Shown piece after piece: positions 28,622 through 36,986 of a stretch of DNA of 64,000 nucleotides. The translations under genes were made by a program, and so were the position numbers. Below the pieces are notes generated by a model, which saw only the letters and a list, made by a program, of their open reading frames with translations, was not told the origin of the DNA and did not search any database. Source of the stretch: Parcubacteria group bacterium (GTDB lineage Bacteria; Patescibacteriota; Minisyncoccia; Moranbacterales; GCA-2747515); contig JBAZXC010000001.1 of the NCBI GenBank assembly GCA_041660065.1, forward strand, positions 200,535-264,534, written 5' to 3'. The first letter of the stretch is position 1, and every line of letters starts with the position of its first letter.

Positions 28622-29104
28622 ATGGGTAAAGCCATTGGGGTTATGTTTATGTGGTTGATGCTGTCGGTGCATACGGTCACTGCTGCGCCGGCACCTTGGG
28701 GATTGGCTTTGAATATGGAAACCAAAGAGTGCGCCGGCTATTGGGCGGGAGATGAGTTTGTGGCCTATCATTTACCGGAGGGATGGAAGGCGTATTATCC
28801 AACGTACGATGCAGATAGCAATAGTTTGTGGAGCACAATAACGACCGATGCGGGAGAATGTGCTTTTCAGATGCGCAAAGAGGAGGCATGTTGTATGGAG
28901 TTGGGTTATGCATTCGTATCACGCAATATCGGGGAAGGGCACATGGAAAAATTGCGTGATCGGGAAGAATTTCAAAATGCGATGCAAAAACACGGAAATA
29001 ATTTACCCGTGATTTTTTTTGATGTTTTAATATGTGCAGGCATTTTTACAGTAGTAGGAATTTCTATGAGAAAATCAAAAAACAAAAAAGAACAGCATCT
29101 GTAA
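28622..29104 (+). CDS. Hypothetical secreted protein with a C-terminal transmembrane anchor and basic tail
   Basis: Signal peptide (MFMWLMLSVHTVTAAPA). The C-terminus ...NNLPVIFFDVLICAGIFTVVGISMRKSKNKKEQHL has the architecture of a cell-wall sorting signal, though with a non-canonical motif. Confidence 0.45.
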   Translation: MGKAIGVMFMWLMLSVHTVTAAPAPWGLALNMETKECAGYWAGDEFVAYHLPEGWKAYYPTYDADSNSLWSTITTDAGECAFQMRKEEACCMELGYAFVSRNIGEGHMEKLRDREEFQNAMQKHGNNLPVIFFDVLICAGIFTVVGISMRKSKNKKEQHL

Positions 29105-29141
29105 ATATTATAAAATATTATTTTTTAAACATACAATAAAT

Positions 29142-29801
29142 ATGAGAAAGAAATTCGCGTACATAGTACTTCTCTTATGTGTTGCACTTGTGACATGTGG
29201 CTGTGCCAAAGAAAGAAAAGAAAGCACTGTCCCGGGAGTATCACAGACAGCGCAAGAAACATCTCCCGTGCAAGATGCCTCGAGCACTCCATGCAAAAAA
29301 GAAAGTGTGACACTTCCAAATTATGGCGACCCGGGCAAACGTCTCAATAATTGTTTTGTAGAGTATCCCGGAGAGCCAACGCGAGAAGATAAAAGCTATT
29401 ATATCGTAGAAGATATTTGCGGACAGTTCACCAAGGAGTTTGTGGAAAATGTATCAGGAAAAAGATTGACAAAGATCGCACCTCCGGAAATTGCATCGCT
29501 CAATAATTGCACATATTACTTTGATGAAAAAGAATATGTCATGCTAAATCTCGAGTATCTCGCTATCGAAAATCAAAAGACGGGAAATGAATATGCCGGA
29601 TATACAGTGGCAACAAATGCAAAAATCCCAATGGAGAATTATGTCGTGACGCAAAAAGATGGTGTGATCAATGTTATCTATCTTGTTCTTGGACCACAAA
29701 AGTTTATTTCATTGCGACCGAGTTCAAAAAATACGTTTACCACTGATCAATTTGTAGACTTCGCAGTACGTGTCGCCGATGCGATCAAAAATTATAAATG
29801 A
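29142..29801 (+). CDS. Hypothetical lipoprotein
   Basis: MRKKFAYIVLLLCVALVTCGCAKE has a signal peptide plus lipobox. Confidence 0.5.
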   Translation: MRKKFAYIVLLLCVALVTCGCAKERKESTVPGVSQTAQETSPVQDASSTPCKKESVTLPNYGDPGKRLNNCFVEYPGEPTREDKSYYIVEDICGQFTKEFVENVSGKRLTKIAPPEIASLNNCTYYFDEKEYVMLNLEYLAIENQKTGNEYAGYTVATNAKIPMENYVVTQKDGVINVIYLVLGPQKFISLRPSSKNTFTTDQFVDFAVRVADAIKNYK

Positions 29802-29841
29802 CGAATTCGGTAAAAAAATAATTTTTTAATGAAAAATTTCT

Positions 29842-30933
29842 ATGAAAAAACGTCAATACATTTATCCGCTTGCTGTGATATCTTTGACGGTGCTCTGCGG
29901 ATGTGCGATTACAACGTCGCCAACACAGAAAGACAAAAATGATGTCACAAATGATCTGACGGATCGTGAAAAGATGGACGATACCACTGCATACAAGAAA
30001 CTTTATGATCCACCAGAGGGCGGTGATCAAAAAAACATCGGCAAGATCATTTTCGCATCAGATCTCGGCAGTACCACAAATGCGGATTATGACCTGTACA
30101 CGATAAATCCTGATGGTACAGAGAAGACGCGTCTGACAACAGTTGAAGGCTTCATCGATCACCCTGCATGGTCACCGGAACATTCACGGATCGCATACAG
30201 CGCGCATGTGGATGAATATAACACGGAGAAGATCTTTATCATGACTGTCGATGGTAGCGAGAAAAGGCAATTGACTTTTGGCAAAAGTCGCGACAAGTTT
30301 CCCACATGGTCCCCGGACGGAAAATATATCGCATACATTGCTTACACGGACAATACGCCAAATTTGTTTGTCTTGGACATCTATGGGGAAAATCAGAAGC
30401 AATTGACGTTTGTAGATAAAGGAGAAACAGCTTTGTGGCCAACATGGTCCCCGGATGGAAGCGTGATCGGTTATTCATATAACAAGGCTGGCGATGAGAT
30501 AGACTTTCGTCTTCGAACCATACGTCCTGACGGCACGGACATGCGAGAGATCATTTCTTCAAACGATCCCGATGTGAGCGATCATGAACCCGCTTGGTCA
30601 CCGGATGGTAAAACGCTATATTTCCTTTCCAATCGGAGTAGCCAAATGGAAATTTGGAAGATGGACTATGATAAATATTTGCAACTTATCACAACACACG
30701 AAGAAATTGATGACAAAAATGTAAACCTTACACAGGTTTCTCATCTGGCAAGTGTCAATGTAAACCCTGATCATCGACCGAGAGTGTCACCGGATGGAAA
30801 GAAAATTGTTTTTTATGGTGTTGGTAGCGATTGGCACAATATCGGCACCAATCTCTACATCATAAATGTTGATGGAACGGGTTTGACAAATATTACAAAA
30901 TCCATTGATGGAAATGAGTGGCCAAATTGGTAA
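29842..30933 (+). CDS. Lipoprotein with TolB-like (PD40/WD40-like) beta-propeller repeats
   Basis: Lipobox LTVLCGCA. Repeated 'W/VSPDGK/S-x-I/L-A/G-Y/F' units: WSPEHSRIAY, WSPDGKYIAY, WSPDGSVIGY, WSPDGKTLYF, VSPDGKKIVF. Confidence 0.7.
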   Translation: MKKRQYIYPLAVISLTVLCGCAITTSPTQKDKNDVTNDLTDREKMDDTTAYKKLYDPPEGGDQKNIGKIIFASDLGSTTNADYDLYTINPDGTEKTRLTTVEGFIDHPAWSPEHSRIAYSAHVDEYNTEKIFIMTVDGSEKRQLTFGKSRDKFPTWSPDGKYIAYIAYTDNTPNLFVLDIYGENQKQLTFVDKGETALWPTWSPDGSVIGYSYNKAGDEIDFRLRTIRPDGTDMREIISSNDPDVSDHEPAWSPDGKTLYFLSNRSSQMEIWKMDYDKYLQLITTHEEIDDKNVNLTQVSHLASVNVNPDHRPRVSPDGKKIVFYGVGSDWHNIGTNLYIINVDGTGLTNITKSIDGNEWPNW

Positions 30934-31006
30934 TTATTAAATGATAGTATGCATGAAAAAAAGTAAAGCACTACATAAATAATTATAATTAATAATACAT
31001 AGCTAT

Positions 31007-31996
31007 ATGTCTGCGTCACACGACCATAATAATGAAAATGGATCAGAACCTCAAAAAAATATTGTGACGGAACAATCAAAAAAATCCAATAATATACCAA
31101 AGATCATCATCGGAATGCTTGTTGTGGTCGTTTTGATCCTTGTTGGTGCACTCTTTTTTGTTATATTGAAAAATAACGCGACTGATAAAAATGATAAAGC
31201 ACCTGACGTGCAATCATCGGAAAATACGGCTACATCACCAAGTATGGAGAATGTCGCACCACCTGCAGTTGTACCAAGCGAATCAACAGATTCTACTACT
31301 GGCACACCTGTTACAACACCATCAGATATTTCTTCTGAGGCGACACAGGTTAAGAAATATCCTGATTTATATATTGAAAAATACGAATTTAATGAGGATC
31401 CAATCATGGGCGAGGAGTTCACTGTCAAAGTTAAGATTGGCAATAAGGGGACGGCAAATGCGGAGGATTTTCATTGGGCATGGTATGCGACCACAAATGA
31501 CAAGGAATGTGAAGGTAAGGTTGATAGTTTGGCAGTTGGAGAGACAATAAAAGTTGAGTGCACATATACTTATGCCGGCTGGTCTCTTTACACTACACAG
31601 GTGGTTGTAGATTCTAAATCAGAGATCTATGAAAGCAACGAGAGTAACAACACAGCAACAAAACAAATTACACCGATCCATGATACGGCAAAAGCAGATT
31701 TATATATCAATGAATACAAATTTAATCATCCGCCAAAATCCGGAGAAGCTTTTACTGTAAGCATATCTATATATAATCAAGGCAATGCGGCATCCGGTTC
31801 ATTTTGGTGGGAATGGTGGCCGACGTCGTTTGGCAAAGCATGTCGTGTTAAGGTGGATAACATTGTGGCACACGGAGGGAAAACGGTAACGTGTACATAT
31901 ACGTATGCAAGTTGGTCGACGTATGAAACAAAAGCAGTCGCAGATGCTGACAATGATGTGGCCGAAAGCAATGAGAGCAATAATGAGTATTCATAA
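31007..31996 (+). CDS. Membrane-anchored protein with two tandem CARDB domains
   Basis: Transmembrane anchor (IIIGMLVVVVLILVGALFFVIL). Two ~100-aa repeats each ending in the CARDB hallmark 'ESNESNN' (…YESNESNNTATK / …AESNESNNEYS). Confidence 0.7.
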   Translation: MSASHDHNNENGSEPQKNIVTEQSKKSNNIPKIIIGMLVVVVLILVGALFFVILKNNATDKNDKAPDVQSSENTATSPSMENVAPPAVVPSESTDSTTGTPVTTPSDISSEATQVKKYPDLYIEKYEFNEDPIMGEEFTVKVKIGNKGTANAEDFHWAWYATTNDKECEGKVDSLAVGETIKVECTYTYAGWSLYTTQVVVDSKSEIYESNESNNTATKQITPIHDTAKADLYINEYKFNHPPKSGEAFTVSISIYNQGNAASGSFWWEWWPTSFGKACRVKVDNIVAHGGKTVTCTYTYASWSTYETKAVADADNDVAESNESNNEYS

Positions 31997-32202
31997 GATG
32001 TCATACCAATCCATTAGTCGTGATTACAGGACTTCTCCGTGTATTTTTCTACGAATTATTTACATATGATGGGATATTTCATAGAGTAGTTTTTGTTTGA
32101 CATGTGACTGATTTTTTGATACAGTGCGCCTATATTAAATAACAAATATCTGTTATATAACATGTTCTTACAACGATCAAAAAACTCAAGGAGATAGAAA
32201 CT

Positions 32203-32841
32203 GTGAAAAAATACTTGTACATCTTGGATTGTGACGGTCCTTTGCGATCGGTATCATGGCAATTGATCTATGATTCTTATATGCCGATCAGCGAACGTTT
32301 TGACATTGATTTTGGTGCACTGTGTCCCGATCTTGTGGCACTCAAGGAATGGTTCGATCATGATTGGAAAAATAATCTCATGCGCATGGGTATTATTACA
32401 GAGAGGGATATGCAAGAGGCAGTGAGAATTTTTCATGACCATTATGATCAAAACACGCACACATTTCCATGGGTTGCAGAGAAAACGGAACAAATGAGTA
32501 TCCATGGACATGTTGCTGTGCTTTCCAATAGCTCAACAGCAAGCATCATGCAATCACTCAATGGTGTCAAAAGACACATTGCTATGATTGCCGGCCATGA
32601 TTCTGTCCCACGATCAAAACCGCACCCTGATGGTATTCACCAAATCATTGACGCGTTGAATGCAGATCCTGCATACGCAGTTATGATTGGAGATACCAAT
32701 GCCGATATTGATGCAGGCAAAAAGGCGGGTATACGCACTGTCGCCGTATCGTGGGGACTCAGTGATACACCGGAAGCATTGCGCGCTCTTGGAGCGGATC
32801 AGATCATAACTAATCCAGAAGAGTTTTTGTCACTATGGTGA
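32203..32841 (+). CDS. HAD-superfamily hydrolase (phosphoglycolate-phosphatase-like). GTG start.
   Basis: Motif I 'LYILDCDGPL', motif II 'AVLSNS', motif III/IV 'K...GDTNADIDAGKKAG'. RBS aaggag. Terminator at 32851-32892. Confidence 0.75.
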   Translation: MKKYLYILDCDGPLRSVSWQLIYDSYMPISERFDIDFGALCPDLVALKEWFDHDWKNNLMRMGIITERDMQEAVRIFHDHYDQNTHTFPWVAEKTEQMSIHGHVAVLSNSSTASIMQSLNGVKRHIAMIAGHDSVPRSKPHPDGIHQIIDALNADPAYAVMIGDTNADIDAGKKAGIRTVAVSWGLSDTPEALRALGADQIITNPEEFLSLW

Positions 32842-33036
32842 TTGATCTTTTTTGAAAAACGTCCAGTTGGTTAAATACCGATTGGACGTTTTTATTTCTT
32901 TATGACAGTGTGGAATTACAAAAGAGGGAAGGGATCGTGAAATTTTCTTCAAAAATGGTGTCTACCATGATGTGATCACCTTCGGCCTCCTGCAACGAGA
33001 ATATCTGAAGAAATAATTATTTCACATTTAAAAAAA

Positions 33037-33076
33037 GACCTGTGAGTGAAACATTCGCAGGTCTTTTCTTTTTTGT
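33037..33076. terminator. Bidirectional hairpin terminator
   Basis: aaaaaaagacctgtgagtgaaacattcgcaggtcttttctttttt, with a T/A run on both sides. Confidence 0.6.
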
Positions 33077-33112
33077 CATTCACTATGCACAGGGAAGAGA
33101 TCTTTCAATTCC

Positions 33113-33466
33113 CTAGTTTACTTTACGAAAACTCACTGTGTATATCGGTTCATATAATGCATCATACTCATCGCGCACCTCCACGGTTTCCCCATCCATC
33201 ATCGTCGAGAGGGAAATGTCAGAGATCATTTCTTGTAATGCCTTTACTTCGCCTTTTAATTCCTCCATGCGTTCCCATCGTGAACCCATGTCACGCTGTG
33301 CACTGAGCTCATGCTGTTTTTTGATCTCTCTGATGTCATTTGCTTTCTCAAGAACTGTTTGGTATTCGGCATCTTGTGCGAGGACATCTTTGAATTCTTT
33401 ACGGATTTCCTTCATTTCTTTTTTGATGCTCTGAAATTCACTGAATACTTCTTGGACATCTTTCAT
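33113..33466 (-). CDS. Hypothetical coiled-coil protein (117 aa)
   Basis: Highly charged heptad-like sequence (KEMKEIRKEFKDVLAQDAEYQTVLEKANDIREIKKQHE...). Has its own minus-strand promoter TTGTCA-17-TAGAAT. Confidence 0.45.
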   Translation of the reverse strand: MKDVQEVFSEFQSIKKEMKEIRKEFKDVLAQDAEYQTVLEKANDIREIKKQHELSAQRDMGSRWERMEELKGEVKALQEMISDISLSTMMDGETVEVRDEYDALYEPIYTVSFRKVN

Positions 33467-33624
33467 GATATTTTTTGTTTAATTGATTAGTATAAAACAG
33501 AGCTAATTCTATCATAAATTTCACAAATTGACAAAATGTTACTTTTGTACTATAATAGGCGCTACAGTATAAATTTCCCGTTCTTTTCTTATCTTAATTT
33601 TTGCCAAAAAGGAGAGCAAAATTT

Positions 33625-34110
33625 ATGAAAAAAATCAGCGTAGTATCATTTCTTGTTTTGATGTTTTTCTTTTTTTTGAAAGCATCATCCAGCTTCGCCG
33701 TGCAAGAGATCGTTTCCACATGCAAGGACGGCAATTTGTCTGTGTATGTAACATATCCCGTAATTGACACCGTTGGTCCGGGGTTTGGTTCGCAAGCTGT
33801 GGATCGCCCACAACAGCTAGGCACTGTTGTACGTCATGCATGTTATGATCCGGCAGAAAAACGAATCACAGCATGGCGTCAAGGCAAATACGGCGTTCAC
33901 GCACATTATGGCGGGGATGAAGAGGAGCTACCGGAGATTCTCTCCGCGAAGTATGGCATCAATGCCAAGAAAGATCACATTGTTTTTGAAACAAAAACAG
34001 TGATCAGTCTCCCGGAAGGGAAGGTGGTCTCTTCGGAAGACCTCCAACTCTATTATTTTGAAAAAGAAAACAAGAACAAGATCAAGATAATAGCACTTAC
34101 AATACGCTAA
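33625..34110 (+). CDS. Hypothetical secreted protein
   Basis: RBS aaaaggagag. Signal peptide MKKISVVSFLVLMFFFFLKASSSFA. Terminator aactgttcggttcacaatgtgatcgaacagtt at ~34128-34175. The track ORF starts at 33601. Confidence 0.5.
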   Translation: MKKISVVSFLVLMFFFFLKASSSFAVQEIVSTCKDGNLSVYVTYPVIDTVGPGFGSQAVDRPQQLGTVVRHACYDPAEKRITAWRQGKYGVHAHYGGDEEELPEILSAKYGINAKKDHIVFETKTVISLPEGKVVSSEDLQLYYFEKENKNKIKIIALTIR

Positions 34111-34175
34111 AAATTTTTTTTTGCATAAAACTGTTCGGTTCACAATGTGATCGAACAGTTTTTCTTTTTTCAAAT

Positions 34176-35377
34176 TTCTTGGTGGCACAGTCACCAGACA
34201 GACTTTATGTCGCACAATGTAGAGCATCTATTTTGGATTTGTAGAAGGGAATTTCTATGTGTGATGTGTAAAAATTTTCGTGTCAGTAATTTATTATGAG
34301 AAAATTATCTTTCTGCTATGCAAATAATATCCTCTTGTCTTTTTATTTTTAGATTTTTTTATAATTTATATTTATAAAATAATTTTACAAATATAAAATA
34401 TTCACGCATGTAAGTAAATAATAATATTTATTATAATGCACGGGATAAAAATATTATTGGAAAAATTTAGCATGAAGAAAAAAGCAAAGATTAGGCCGGA
34501 GAGATTCAATATGTGTTATTCTATGTAAAATAGCATATAAACATACAATATATAGATATAATAGATAGTATAAATATGATTACATACCGCATGGTGTGCT
34601 TTACTGGAATCTCCCGTGGTATGTACATATCACTCGCTCTATGTCGCACAATGAAGAGTCAGCTTTTTGCGAGAGGAGAGGAGTGATATTGGATTATAAA
34701 CAATGCAGGACATACAATATCATATGCCTATAGATTATATAGACATGATGGGTGCATGATTTCGGTCATGATAACCATCGACCTGCGAGATCTTTCAAAA
34801 CCATATAGTATACTTATGGTAAAAATATATGAAATCAAGAGCGGATAGTTATAATCAAGGAGGTTTTGTAAATTTGTTGTATGGAAAGAGAATAGTATGA
34901 TCATTAGCGTAATGATGGCATCATAGCTTTGATGTGTGCGATTTTAATATAATAAAGGAAACTAGTAACATTGATACGAATATGATGCTATGTCGCATAA
35001 TATACATTGTGCGACGTAGTATATAGAAAGACCCTATTTGGACAATCCTCCTCCAATACCTCAGTGAACGATCAGACTTTGTAATATTTTTTATAAAAGA
35101 TTTATTTATGCAGATTTCCTCACTCTTTCTCTGCCTCTGCGGTGTGATGAACATCATAAAACAAAAAGGAGATTATTATCCCCCTACCGCATGCAATTTA
35201 TTTTAGACAATGTATTTATTGCATGCGTTATGATGTTTTACTTTTCAAAAGAGTTTGTTGTGTGGTTGTCTTTTTTTGTTATAGTACATTTTTGATTCAA
35301 AAGAGTATACATATCATACCCATTAATTAATTTAAAACTCCCCTTCCCTTCAAAAAAGTTATCCACAGTTGTCAAAT
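34176..35377. other. 1.2-kb AT-rich non-coding island with iterated GTCGCACAATG motif and one perfect DnaA box
   Basis: No ORF >80 codons with coding character. Motif TATGTCGCACAATG at 34205-34218 and 34640-34653, and an imperfect palindromic pair at 34989-35015. TTATCCACA at 35359-35367. Confidence 0.6.
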
Positions 35378-35426
35378 ATCAAAAACCGTCAAAGGGTCAT
35401 GACGGTTTTTTGGTGAAATTTTTTGG

Positions 35427-36146
35427 TCAGTTATTTTTGATCAATGTTCCTTCAAATTTTTCTCCGTTAAGATATGCGCGTATATTATCAAAATTTGTCC
35501 CCTTTAATGTCACCGCTTCCAAATCTTCCTTTTCTGCAAATTTTGCTGCGACAGGATCAAATGGTGCATTCATGCCAGGTATCCAGACGTCGGTTGTCAT
35601 TTCGCGATATTGTGCCCAAGACATCTCCTCGATCTTTTGGGCATCAGGAAATTCCTTGGGGTCTTTATCATAGACATAATCAATGTTGGAAAGGTTAACA
35701 ACTTTTTTGATCCCGAGATATCGTGCAAGAAGAGCGGAATCATAATCTGTGGAAAATCCCGGCTTCCATCCTGCGGCGATCATGACCGATTGGGTACATT
35801 GATGAAAGTCTTCCAGATCATGGGGATTGGTATTGATACGCGGATGTGCCACATCGCGAAATATTGTGCGAATGAGATGGGCGTTTAAACGTGTGGAATG
35901 AATGCCCAACCAATCCTTATCTTCGTCGTTCACATCTTGCAATATCTCTTGTGCCGCTTGCGCATAGCGACGTGCCGTCTTGCCTCCTCCGGTGATAAAA
36001 ACAAAACGTTGCTGTTGTTCGGTAATTTGCTGCATAATCAGAGCGCGAAAGTCTTTCAAAAATTCTATATTGATATCATCAGGAACGATCAAAGATCCGC
36101 CAAGGTTCACAATAAAGGTTTTTTTTGCATCCATATTTTTTTGCAT
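35427..36146 (-). CDS. pyrH: UMP kinase, archaeal-type (amino-acid-kinase family)
   Basis: 'KKTFIVNLGGSLIVPDD', 'FVFITGGGKTARRY', 'HSTRLNAHL', 'AGWKPGFSTDYDSALLA' closely parallel archaeal-type UMPK. In-frame ATGs at 36146 or 36134. The longer track ORF (to 36350) overlaps the upstream gene and is unlikely to be translated. Confidence 0.75.
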   Translation of the reverse strand: MQKNMDAKKTFIVNLGGSLIVPDDINIEFLKDFRALIMQQITEQQQRFVFITGGGKTARRYAQAAQEILQDVNDEDKDWLGIHSTRLNAHLIRTIFRDVAHPRINTNPHDLEDFHQCTQSVMIAAGWKPGFSTDYDSALLARYLGIKKVVNLSNIDYVYDKDPKEFPDAQKIEEMSWAQYREMTTDVWIPGMNAPFDPVAAKFAEKEDLEAVTLKGTNFDNIRAYLNGEKFEGTLIKNN

Positions 36147-36180
36147 TATTTTATTATTTTTTATAAATTTTGTGTCATTA

Positions 36181-36573
36181 TTATTTGCATGAGGTTGACT
36201 TGGTGTATCCTTTTTCAATAGCATTTTGATCGGAACGGAAACACCGCAGATTCTCGGGGTCGATCTTTGTAGCATAGGAACAATCCGGCGGATAATATTT
36301 TGTACCCTTGACACTTCCGACATAGACACAATCTTCGGGGCGCATGGCATTTGTTGAATCAGAGGAGTTTTTTTTCACAATGATCGGGTCTTGTGTGGCA
36401 CGGAAAACCGTTATGGGCCGTTGAGCTGTTTGTGCTCCGGTAAACCACCCGAAAACATAGCACAATAAACCAACGACAACCATACCACTTATTGTCATAA
36501 TAGCACTTTCATGGTCAAAAAACCATGTGCGGATCTTTTGGAGATATTTTCTCATAATCATTGACAATCTCAA
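36181..36573 (-). CDS. Hypothetical membrane-anchored protein with a C-terminal Cys-containing domain
   Basis: Transmembrane segment (IMTISGMVVVGLLCYVFGWF), then 'CVYVGSVKGTKYYPPDCSYATKIDPENLRCFRSDQNAIEKGY...C'. Co-oriented with and upstream of pyrH. Confidence 0.45.
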   Translation of the reverse strand: MRLSMIMRKYLQKIRTWFFDHESAIMTISGMVVVGLLCYVFGWFTGAQTAQRPITVFRATQDPIIVKKNSSDSTNAMRPEDCVYVGSVKGTKYYPPDCSYATKIDPENLRCFRSDQNAIEKGYTKSTSCK

Positions 36574-36656
36574 CCTTCTCGATTATACTAGCATAGTATA
36601 TAAATTTGTAAAAGACGGGAAATTCCCTTTTACTTTTAATCGTATAATATTCAATT

Positions 36657-36935
36657 ATGGCACATAGAAAAGCCGGCGGTTCCACAAGACTTGGCCGTGA
36701 TTCAGAATCTAAACGTCTTGGAGTAAAGATCTATGGCTCACAAAAAGTTAGTGCGGGCAATGTGATCGTGCGTCAACGTGGCACAAAAATTCATCCGGGA
36801 GAAAACGTTGCCCGTGGTGAAGATGATACTATTTATGCAAAGAAATCCGGCATAGTTAAATTCATCGACAAAAAAGTTAAGGATTTTACCGGAAAACTCA
36901 AAAAGAGAAAATTCGTCAGTGTTGTGACAAAATAG
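36657..36935 (+). CDS. rpmA: 50S ribosomal protein L27
   Basis: '[24 protein letters not shown]...[16 protein letters not shown]' is nearly identical in pattern to bacterial L27. Terminator at 36957-36989. Confidence 0.95.
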   Translation: MAHRKAGGSTRLGRDSESKRLGVKIYGSQKVSAGNVIVRQRGTKIHPGENVARGEDDTIYAKKSGIVKFIDKKVKDFTGKLKKRKFVSVVTK

Positions 36936-36986
36936 TAACGATCAAAATCTTTCAAAAATACCCTGCCGGAATTGGCAGGGTATTTT

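Noticed and set aside
34921-35157. 78-aa minus-strand ORF inside the AT-rich island
   Set aside because: Composition-driven ORF in 80% AT DNA. No RBS and no coding periodicity. It overlaps one of the repeated GTCGCACAATG motifs. Treated as non-coding.
34176-35377. CRISPR array hypothesis for the repeated GTCGCACAATG motif
   Set aside because: Repeats are only 14-22 nt, separated by irregular ~430 and ~350 bp AT-rich DNA rather than 25-50-bp spacers. No cas genes in the window.
36147-36350. N-terminal 68-codon extension of the pyrH ORF in the track (307-aa version)
   Set aside because: The extension overlaps the 36181-36573 gene in another frame and has no similarity to UMPK. Conserved kinase sequence begins at MQKNMDAKK, so an internal start was adopted.
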